A stretch of DNA of 59,997 bases from Deltaproteobacteria bacterium (GTDB lineage Bacteria; UBA10199; 2-02-FULL-44-16; JAAZCA01), in contig JABGOS010000063.1 of assembly GCA_018645265.1 (NCBI GenBank), positions 1 to 59,997 of the forward strand, in the 5' to 3' direction. Both the position numbers and the translations under genes were made by a program. Below, one piece after another: positions 47,902 through 55,437 of the stretch (position 1 is its first letter; every line of letters starts with the position of its first letter). The notes below the pieces were generated by a model. That model was not told where the DNA came from. It saw only the letters and a program-made list of their open reading frames with translations, and searched no databases.

Positions 47902-48900
47902 TTATGCACCAGATCCAGCTGCTACGGTGTCCTTGTCAGAAGCTTTTCCAAAAGGAAATACCAAATTCTCAGCAAAGATATCCAAGGACTGACCCCCCAT
48001 CCATTGGGCAATTCTATCTTCTCCAACCGATGAAAGCCTCCCAAAGAGAAAAGCTGCATTTGTTGCAAGTGCATGAGCTCCCTCCCTATCCTCAAACATG
48101 GCCTCAAGATAGTAAGCGGCCAACGTATATCCATATGCGCCTGCAAAAAAATCATCCGTAGCTGTATCATCACGATCTGCTTGGGTCCAGCTTTGTACTG
48201 CATCACCAACCTTGCGCGACAACTCCGTCATCAATCTCCAATCCTTCCCCAAAAACGCAGCGGCACTTGCGTATTGCAGCGCGTCCACGCGGGCCAAGAA
48301 TTCGTGTCGATTCGCAGGTGAGTCTCCACCTTCAAGGTGTCGGCTCAAAAGCTCCGCCGCTGCAATATAGAATGGCTGAGCAAGTGATTCATCACCCTGC
48401 CCCGCTACCCAGTCACCGCCATTCTTCATGGCAACTGCAGCCCCTACCGCGTCCACTGACATATTCGAAGCGATATTAACTGCTTCGCTCAATGAGTTGG
48501 CAGCCAAAATAGGCACGGATGATGGAAAGTCGGTTAACTGTGTAGAGTATAAAGCGGATGACACTGCAGCACGAACTGCATACTCTGGTTTCGTAGCTGG
48601 ATCCTGAGCATACTTAAGAAGGGATGCGGCACGAGATTCAATACCCTCTTTCCTCATACTCCACCTAAGAGTCATGGGCAAACCATCCATCGTCGGCTGT
48701 GTGGGAAAAGTGCCAACACTCAGATCGTATATAGATGATATTGAGGAACCATAGAAGTCATGCCCAGCAGTAACGCGCGCCGGCATCACCTGCGGATCGA
48801 CCTTCGCTATCCTCATAGGTTTCTGCATCGCCATAGTAAAAGACGTCGATGCAAATGATTGAGCAGGAAGACTCCCCGTCGAAAACGCTTCTAATGTCAT
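47902..48900 (-). CDS. hypothetical protein, distant paralog family member C (332 aa)
   Basis: AAGGAG 8 nt upstream. MTLEAF N-terminus matches MTLDAF of member B. QYASAAAF and QSWTQADRDD blocks are collinear with RY..AAAM and SW.....DD of A/B. The similarity is weaker. Confidence 0.6.
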   Translation of the reverse strand: MTLEAFSTGSLPAQSFASTSFTMAMQKPMRIAKVDPQVMPARVTAGHDFYGSSISSIYDLSVGTFPTQPTMDGLPMTLRWSMRKEGIESRAASLLKYAQDPATKPEYAVRAAVSSALYSTQLTDFPSSVPILAANSLSEAVNIASNMSVDAVGAAVAMKNGGDWVAGQGDESLAQPFYIAAAELLSRHLEGGDSPANRHEFLARVDALQYASAAAFLGKDWRLMTELSRKVGDAVQSWTQADRDDTATDDFFAGAYGYTLAAYYLEAMFEDREGAHALATNAAFLFGRLSSVGEDRIAQWMGGQSLDIFAENLVFPFGKASDKDTVAAGSGA

Positions 48901-49023
48901 TTCAATGCTCCTTTATTCAAATATGTTTTTTTGAGTGATACCCCTTCTTTATCGATTCTGGGCAATTTATGTTGCTAGTTTTTTAGTATTATAACTAGAT
49001 GATATAATTAAGGATTATTAAAG

Positions 49024-49488
49024 TTATGACCCTATAAATTTAGGCATTCTCTCATGTCCCGTAAACTCCTCATATTCCTCACTTGCTGGCTCGGTGATCA
49101 TGTAGGCGTGTTTGACACCACACTTTTCGACAACAATTCCGGCAATAGGATTATCGATATCGAACCATTTTTTCTTTTCACACCCCTGAATCGCCGGGAT
49201 CAAAATCTTCTTTGGATTTAAATGATTCCATTTTCCCTTCTCGAATGACTCCCACTTCGTCCATCCGGTCTGCGGAAGGTCGATATCCTTATCACGATTT
49301 CCCCAATCGAGGAGGTGGATAGCACCTGCCTTGATAGAAGTTTTCACGGGAAGAAGTGGCCTTCTACTCCAGAAGAGGCTCTCCACAAAACCCATCCTCT
49401 GAAAGGCCGCAAGCTCATCAGGAAGAAAGAATTTTAAAAACTCCTCCTCAGTGATACCATCTATTTCAAATCTTATTCCGCCACACAT
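49024..49488 (-). CDS. short SRAP (SOS-response-associated peptidase, YedK-like)-like protein, 154 aa
   Basis: Begins MCG (Cys2, as in SRAP MCGR). Also has AYMITEPA....GHERMP, resembling the SRAP ..IIT..A....IHDRMP block. Much shorter than typical SRAP proteins (~220 aa), so the assignment is tentative. Confidence 0.4.
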   Translation of the reverse strand: MCGGIRFEIDGITEEEFLKFFLPDELAAFQRMGFVESLFWSRRPLLPVKTSIKAGAIHLLDWGNRDKDIDLPQTGWTKWESFEKGKWNHLNPKKILIPAIQGCEKKKWFDIDNPIAGIVVEKCGVKHAYMITEPASEEYEEFTGHERMPKFIGS

Positions 49489-49496
49489 AATTTTAT

Positions 49497-50594
49497 TTAT
49501 ATCATTGAAACGACATAGTTTGCGATCGCCGGCGCTGCGGTGAGACCTGGTGATTCGATTCCTAGCAAATGAATGATATCGCCATCACGAAAGATTTCAA
49601 AATCGCTCACAGCTTCCCCACTTTCAAAAAGTTTAGGACGATTTCCCGCGAAGGCAGGCATCACATCATCAATGGAGGGCTTCTCTTTCACCAGATATGA
49701 CACTGACTCAATGAACTCCTCGGGTGGTGTGTTTATCGTATAATCATCCTTAAATTCTGCAGCCACCTGCGATGGACCCAGATATACCTCACCGCCCACC
49801 GCTTTGTGCATATGTATTCCAAAATTGCTGGTTTGCGTAGCATCCGCTTTAGGTAAAAAACTCTTCGGTACGGGATAGATCAGAGCATCGAAATTATCGA
49901 GCCGCCAAGTGTAGTATTCGCCCTTATAAGGCTTGATCTGAAAATCGCGTTTACCCCCTGCCATCCTATAGATATCATCCGAGAACAAACCGGCGGCATT
50001 TATAATGATGTCATAATCCATATCGCCGCGATTCGTCGTGTTCAACGTGTGCTTCGCAGCATCGATCTCATTTACCTCACACGGAAAGATGACGAACACT
50101 CCATCCCTGTTGATGAGTCTCATCTTCATAGACTCTATATACGTCGATGCATCCATGATCCCGGTGGTCTTGGAAAACGCCGCCGCTTTTGGCTTTCTTA
50201 GAATGGGAACCACCTGCAAAACCTCTTCCGGGGTAACCCTTGAAACCCCTGAAGCTTTGGCAGCTGTCGCATTCTCTATCATCCTGTCGATCGCTACAAC
50301 TTCATCCTCCGTATATGCTACAATCCATTTTCCATCATTCTTGAAGGGAACATTGAGATTTGTCAGTAGATCATAGGTGAGTCTATTTCCTTCAACGCAG
50401 AATCGAGCCTTAAGGGAACCCGGAGGATATGCGAGGCCGGCATGGATCACCTCGCTATTTCTACTTGAAGTATGGTGACCGAGGTATGGCTCCTTCTCTA
50501 GCAGAAATACATCACCCAATTTCCTGTCAGAAATTGCGAGGGCGATGTTCAAGCCAACAACACCTCCACCTATAATTGCGATCGTTTTAGTCAT
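49497..50594 (-). CDS. FAD-dependent oxidoreductase (DAO / L-2-hydroxyglutarate oxidase-like)
   Basis: N-terminal dinucleotide-binding motif IAIIGGGVVGLNIA; 365 aa; C-terminal GIESPGLTAAPA. Confidence 0.75.
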   Translation of the reverse strand: MTKTIAIIGGGVVGLNIALAISDRKLGDVFLLEKEPYLGHHTSSRNSEVIHAGLAYPPGSLKARFCVEGNRLTYDLLTNLNVPFKNDGKWIVAYTEDEVVAIDRMIENATAAKASGVSRVTPEEVLQVVPILRKPKAAAFSKTTGIMDASTYIESMKMRLINRDGVFVIFPCEVNEIDAAKHTLNTTNRGDMDYDIIINAAGLFSDDIYRMAGGKRDFQIKPYKGEYYTWRLDNFDALIYPVPKSFLPKADATQTSNFGIHMHKAVGGEVYLGPSQVAAEFKDDYTINTPPEEFIESVSYLVKEKPSIDDVMPAFAGNRPKLFESGEAVSDFEIFRDGDIIHLLGIESPGLTAAPAIANYVVSMI

Positions 50595-50608
50595 AATTAG
50601 TGATTCAA

Positions 50609-51790
50609 CTATTTGAGATATGCCTTAATTCTTTCGGCGGCTAATTCACATTCCTTAATCGACGGAACCAGGGAAAACCTAACGAACCCTTCGCCAGGAT
50701 TTCCAGCGTCGGTCTCCTCGCTCACCCAGTTTCCAGGGGTTGCAACTATGGCGATACTTGGATCCAAAAGTTTTTCCGCGAATTCAAGGGAGTTATATCC
50801 AGAGGGCACTTTCTGCCACATATGCAGCGTAGCCTGAGGTCTACAATCATCGAGCCCTACACTCACGAATGCATCGGAGATAAGATCTCTCTTTTTACGA
50901 TAGAGTTCTCTGAGCTTCTTCACATGCTTTTCATCAGCGAGAGCCGCTATCGCAGCGTCCTGAATAAAAGTGGGTGTCCCGGAATCGATATTGGTCTTAA
51001 GCTTCTTGAATGCTGCAACGATCTCGGAGTCACCAGCTACCCAGCCCACGCGATACCCGGTCATACAGCTCCTCTTGGAGAGGGACTGGAAAACGATAAC
51101 CCCATCCCTTGCAAACTCCAATATCGAATGCGGCTTACTATCCTCATTATAATAGTTCTCTGAATAAGCCTCATCCGATGCGATGATAATCCTATGCTTC
51201 TGTCCAAAAGCGATCACCTTCTCATAAAATTTCTGAGGAGCAACAGCACCTGTGGGATTATTCGGATAATTGATCCAGAGTATTTTCGCGCGTTTACAGA
51301 CATCCTCCGGTATTGATTCCAAATCTGGAAGAAAGTTATTCTCCGGTAGAAGGTCGACGTAGTGGACCTGCCCATCGGCGAACATGGTTCCTCTCGAATA
51401 TGGCGGATAGCCAGGGTTCGGCACGATGACAACCTCACCGGGATTCACAAATGCCTCGGGAAAGTTGAAGACCGCTTCCTTCGAACCGATGGAAGCACAT
51501 ATCTCCGCCTCAACATCGAGCTGAATTCCGAAACGTTTCGCCGTCCACTCCGCTATCGCCCTTCTGAAATCAAGGGATCCTACATAACTCGGATAGCCGC
51601 TCTCCGCTCTCGAATCGGCACCACCCTTCAGGGCATCCCTCACCACCTTCGGCGTCGGTTCCGTCGGGTCCCCAATACCGAAACTGATGACCTCTATACC
51701 ATCGCGCCTCAACCGCGCTACCTTCTTGCCGATCTCATCGAAGGCGTAACCCGTTAATTTTTCTAGTCTTTTTGATATTTCAACGGTCAT
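50609..51790 (-). CDS. dapL: class I/II aminotransferase, LL-diaminopimelate aminotransferase (DapL)-like
   Basis: Y.F.EI..KV......G..VI.FGIGDPTEPTP, NPNNPTG and SLSKRSCMTGYRVGW (PLP Lys). ATG 51790 is preferred because AGGGAG lies 6 nt upstream. Confidence 0.75.
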   Translation of the reverse strand: MTVEISKRLEKLTGYAFDEIGKKVARLRRDGIEVISFGIGDPTEPTPKVVRDALKGGADSRAESGYPSYVGSLDFRRAIAEWTAKRFGIQLDVEAEICASIGSKEAVFNFPEAFVNPGEVVIVPNPGYPPYSRGTMFADGQVHYVDLLPENNFLPDLESIPEDVCKRAKILWINYPNNPTGAVAPQKFYEKVIAFGQKHRIIIASDEAYSENYYNEDSKPHSILEFARDGVIVFQSLSKRSCMTGYRVGWVAGDSEIVAAFKKLKTNIDSGTPTFIQDAAIAALADEKHVKKLRELYRKKRDLISDAFVSVGLDDCRPQATLHMWQKVPSGYNSLEFAEKLLDPSIAIVATPGNWVSEETDAGNPGEGFVRFSLVPSIKECELAAERIKAYLK

Positions 51791-51865
51791 AAGCATCTCC
51801 CTCTTATCTGACACTTACTTATGAACATGAAAAATAAGGAATTTCATCAAAAAAAAGCGAGATCC

Positions 51866-51894
51866 TTGACAAGTGAACGGCCGTTCACTTAACT
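51866..51894 (+). promoter_or_regulatory. candidate promoter (TTGACA-N17-TTAACT) overlapped by a perfect 20-bp palindrome AAGTGAACGGCCGTTCACTT (Cheo-type LexA box GAAC-N4-GTTC)
   Basis: TTGACA at 51866-51871, palindrome at 51871-51890, TTAACT at 51889-51894. Lies between divergent dapL-like (start 51790) and lexA (start 52079). Confidence 0.6.
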
Positions 51895-52078
51895 TACACT
51901 CATTGAAAATTTGGACTGTTCCCTCGCCCGCCGATAAGAAATCTCGTCGCCCCCTTGTCGAGGCATCTATACGACGGACGATCGAAGAGAATTCCTCTTC
52001 CGCGCTGAGTAGATCCCCCTCCGCTCAGCGCGGGAGATGTCGGTCCAAATAGTACACAAGGGTTATCAAAGGATACAA

Positions 52079-52660
52079 ATGCAAACCAAGCAGATCGCCG
52101 AAGAGAAACTGGATGCCTTGCGTCGCTTCTACCGATGCAACAAGCGTCTACCTACATATTCGGAGATGTGCAGGGTCTTTGGATACAGCTCCAAGAACGC
52201 AGCCTTCCGCCTTGCGAAGAAACTCATCGATGAAGGTTATGTCGAAAAGGATGAAACCGGTCGCCTCACACCGCGCGCTGATCGTTTCGGAATTCCACTC
52301 GTCGGATACGTGCAGGCAGGCTTCCCCTCACCTGCGGAGGAGGAGCTGGTCGACACATTGTCGCTCGATGAATATCTAATAGATAAACCGGAGGCATCAT
52401 TTCTCCTGAAGGTCTCTGGCGATTCCATGATCGACGCCGGTATCTTCGAAGGTGATCTTGTAATAATTGAAAGGGGTGCCAGGCCGAACAATGGAGATGT
52501 TGTCCTCGCATGCGTGGATCAAGAATGGACTCTAAAGCATTTACACCGACGCGGAAAAAGCTATGAGCTAGTTCCCGCGAACCCAAAATACCCGGTTATT
52601 CATCCGGAAGGTGAACTGACTCTTGGTGGGGTCGTAAAAGCAGTTATAAGAAGGTATTAA
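52079..52660 (+). CDS. lexA: LexA repressor (S24 peptidase)
   Basis: Winged-HTH N-terminus (PTYSEMCRVFGYSSKNAAFRLAKKL), cleavage site VQAGFP, Ser in SGDSM and Lys in TLKHL. AAGGA upstream of ATG 52079. Confidence 0.85.
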   Translation: MQTKQIAEEKLDALRRFYRCNKRLPTYSEMCRVFGYSSKNAAFRLAKKLIDEGYVEKDETGRLTPRADRFGIPLVGYVQAGFPSPAEEELVDTLSLDEYLIDKPEASFLLKVSGDSMIDAGIFEGDLVIIERGARPNNGDVVLACVDQEWTLKHLHRRGKSYELVPANPKYPVIHPEGELTLGGVVKAVIRRY

Positions 52661-52676
52661 AGAAGCGCGATCCTCT

Positions 52677-53312
52677 TTACTTCAATTCCTTAAAATACTG
52701 GCAATACCTAGCTACAGAACATCTTTCACACTCCGGGCTTCTCGCATGACATATCACGCGACCATGGCTGATGAGCCAAAAGTGTGCAGCGCCAAGATCC
52801 TTCCTCGGTATAATCTTAACTAGCTGCTCTTCCGTTTTTTCGGGAGTCTTTGCGATAGCAAGTCCGATTCTATTCGCAACGCGAAAGACATGAGTATCTA
52901 CAGGCATTGCGGGTTCATTAAAACTCTTTATCAGCACAACATTGGCAGTCTTTCTTCCCACACCTGGAAGCCGCACCATATCGGCGCGCGCCTGTGGCAC
53001 TTGGCCACCAAACTCCTCCACGATCATTCGCCCTGTAGCTATGACGTTCCTCGCCTTCGCCTTATATAGACCTACCGATTTGATAATCCTCTCAACCTCC
53101 GCCACCTTAGCCTTGCCGAGTTTAGATGGTGTTGGATATTCTTGAAAAAGTTCCGGAGTTATTTTGTCGACCTGATCATCTGTCGTCTGTGCGGAGAGAA
53201 TCGTTGAGATGAGAGTTTTATATGGATCACTCTTCTTTAGCCAGGGCTTAACATTTGCTGTATATGATTTCTTAAGAAGTTTTAATATCTTTAAAATTGT
53301 ATCTTTGCGCAT
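52677..53312 (-). CDS. nth: endonuclease III
   Basis: HhH-GPD LPGVGRKTANVVL, VDTHV, and a C-x6-C-x2-C-x5-C [4Fe-4S] loop. Confidence 0.92.
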   Translation of the reverse strand: MRKDTILKILKLLKKSYTANVKPWLKKSDPYKTLISTILSAQTTDDQVDKITPELFQEYPTPSKLGKAKVAEVERIIKSVGLYKAKARNVIATGRMIVEEFGGQVPQARADMVRLPGVGRKTANVVLIKSFNEPAMPVDTHVFRVANRIGLAIAKTPEKTEEQLVKIIPRKDLGAAHFWLISHGRVICHARSPECERCSVARYCQYFKELK

Positions 53313-53327
53313 ATTTTATGTTCTTAC

Positions 53328-53999
53328 TCAATAGCACCTAACGAACCATTGCATGATCAGGTTCGACGCTGCATGAAAGAGAACTGATGCTGTAATGGTC
53401 CCCGTACGTTCGCGAAGATATCCGAAAAGAAGTGCCGGAAAGAATATAGCGAAGTGCCACCATCTATAATAAACTATCGAATGAGCTAAAGCGAAGACCA
53501 GTGAGGTTATTATCCAACCCCATCCGAGCTTAACACCTAATATCTTCCACCTCTTCTCGCACATCATATCCATCGCAGATTGAAAATACCCTCGAAAGTA
53601 AAACTCCTCAGGAAGCGCCACCAGAAATATTTGAAACGCTGCAGCACTCCAAAAATGAGGGTACTCCACAAACTTAAAGCCGCCCATCTTGAAAACATAC
53701 ATCTGCCAAAGATGCGCCCCTATCAGAAATAACGGAAATACGATAAGCGATGTGATCAGAAATACGATGAATGAACGAAAGTAATCGCCAACACCATCAT
53801 CCAGAAAGTCGATTTTCCTTCCCCTTCTCCAAATCACAAGAATAGGCGAATAGAGAAATAAAACCGCCACGACGACAGGCAGGATCGAATCGATAATCGA
53901 TATCCCCTTGAGCATCGTAACTGCGCGCGTCAGCACGAGAAGTACAACCGTAAGGGTCGTCAGCTCCTTTATCAAGGATCTGTTTGCAGTGGGATTCAT
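53328..53999 (-). CDS. CPBP-family intramembrane glutamic endopeptidase (CAAX protease-like)
   Basis: EEFYFRG, FALAHS and HAASN motifs in a polytopic membrane protein. Confidence 0.8.
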   Translation of the reverse strand: MNPTANRSLIKELTTLTVVLLVLTRAVTMLKGISIIDSILPVVVAVLFLYSPILVIWRRGRKIDFLDDGVGDYFRSFIVFLITSLIVFPLFLIGAHLWQMYVFKMGGFKFVEYPHFWSAAAFQIFLVALPEEFYFRGYFQSAMDMMCEKRWKILGVKLGWGWIITSLVFALAHSIVYYRWWHFAIFFPALLFGYLRERTGTITASVLFHAASNLIMQWFVRCY

Positions 54000-54811
54000 C
54001 AGCTAGCTATCCTTCCAGCCTTTCTTTTGGAGAGAATGATCCATAGCACCACTCCTAAAACAAATGAAATCATCATCGATATCTGTCCGGTAGAAAGGGC
54101 ATCCCCAAACCAGAGTCCCCTATCTCTGTCCCCTCTCAAAAATTCGATGAAGAAGCGAGAGATGCCATAGTATATGAAGAAGGTTGCAAAGATCTGTCCG
54201 TAGAACTTTCTATACTTGTAGGAGATAAGAAATACGACCATCATCATAATGGCGTTCAGCATATTATAAAGCTGTGTTGCATGCAGCGACATATTTAGAT
54301 AGCCGAAGGCGGCTGGCACGGATGCCGGATGATGAAATGTAAGATGAATCGGAAAGTCCGTGGGCTTTCCATAACAGCAGCCAACGAGGAGGCAACCCAC
54401 CCTGACAAAGAATATTATAATAGGACCGGACATCGTAGCAAGATCGACATAACGCCAACTATCCAGTTTTTTCCACCTGAAGTATATCAGCCAGCCTATG
54501 GCCGTAAGTGTGAATGCACCGATCGATACGAACCCTCCCTGCCAGAAATAGAAAACCCTTATAGGATGTTCAAGATAGTAGCTAGGATTCTCAACCAGGA
54601 TATGAAAGATCCTCGAACCGACGATCGCCGCAATCACTCCTATAATACCGCAGTCCAGCATGGCAACGGGATCGGCCCCCTCCCTCTTCGCCCAATATGC
54701 CCCAAAGAAGGTTGCAGCCAGTGCACCTATCATCACCATAAAGAAGAAGGATGGAACACCTACATCACCGAAGTAAAAGATATAAGGTCTCATATGTGAC
54801 TCTACCCCCAT
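53999..54811 (-). CDS. lgt: prolipoprotein diacylglyceryl transferase (copy 1)
   Basis: Polytopic protein with HPASV-type region, VRVGCLLVGCCYGKP and FIEFLRGD. The start may be ATG 54793 (MRPYIF). Confidence 0.85.
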   Translation of the reverse strand: MGVESHMRPYIFYFGDVGVPSFFFMVMIGALAATFFGAYWAKREGADPVAMLDCGIIGVIAAIVGSRIFHILVENPSYYLEHPIRVFYFWQGGFVSIGAFTLTAIGWLIYFRWKKLDSWRYVDLATMSGPIIIFFVRVGCLLVGCCYGKPTDFPIHLTFHHPASVPAAFGYLNMSLHATQLYNMLNAIMMMVVFLISYKYRKFYGQIFATFFIYYGISRFFIEFLRGDRDRGLWFGDALSTGQISMMISFVLGVVLWIILSKRKAGRIAS

Positions 54812-54877
54812 ACATATCTAACCTCTGAGGTTAGATACCGGATTCAAACTGCTCATTGCCAAGAATTGAAGTTCATA

Positions 54878-55411
54878 TCAGCAGCAATCCTTTCTAAAGA
54901 AAGCTACAAAGATAAATAGGAACATGGAAACCGTTATTGCACTGTCCGCTACGTTGAAAGCCGGCCACTCCAGTGAAATATCATAGGCCTTTTCCAAAAA
55001 AGAAAACTTCAAAGTTTCATCACCGATATGAACGGAGAGAAAATCCACCACTGAACCTAAGCGAATCCTGTCTATAACATTTCCCGCAATACCGCCGAAT
55101 ACCAGCGATAGAGCCACAGGCATAAGGAGGTTATCGCCCTTCAATGACCTGTAGTAGATTATAAGAAAGATTACTGCGACAACTGCTATGGCATAGAAAA
55201 ATGGGATCCTAAAGCTGTCCGACATTTCAGAGAACATGCCGAATGCGGCACCCGTGTTTCTAAAATGTACGATATCAAAAAATCCTGGTATCACTGATAT
55301 GCGTTCGCCGAAGGGAATATATTTTATGATCGCAAGCTTCGTCAGCTGATCCAAAATAAATACCAGCGGGGCTATCACCATCAGAACTTTATACTTAGCT
55401 TTTATATTCAT
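54878..55411 (-). CDS. lspA: lipoprotein signal peptidase II
   Basis: FRNTGAAFG, GNVIDR and FNVADSAI motifs. Confidence 0.9.
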   Translation of the reverse strand: MNIKAKYKVLMVIAPLVFILDQLTKLAIIKYIPFGERISVIPGFFDIVHFRNTGAAFGMFSEMSDSFRIPFFYAIAVVAVIFLIIYYRSLKGDNLLMPVALSLVFGGIAGNVIDRIRLGSVVDFLSVHIGDETLKFSFLEKAYDISLEWPAFNVADSAITVSMFLFIFVAFFRKDCC

Positions 55412-55437
55412 CTTTTAGAAGTCCGCCCGATTCTAGG

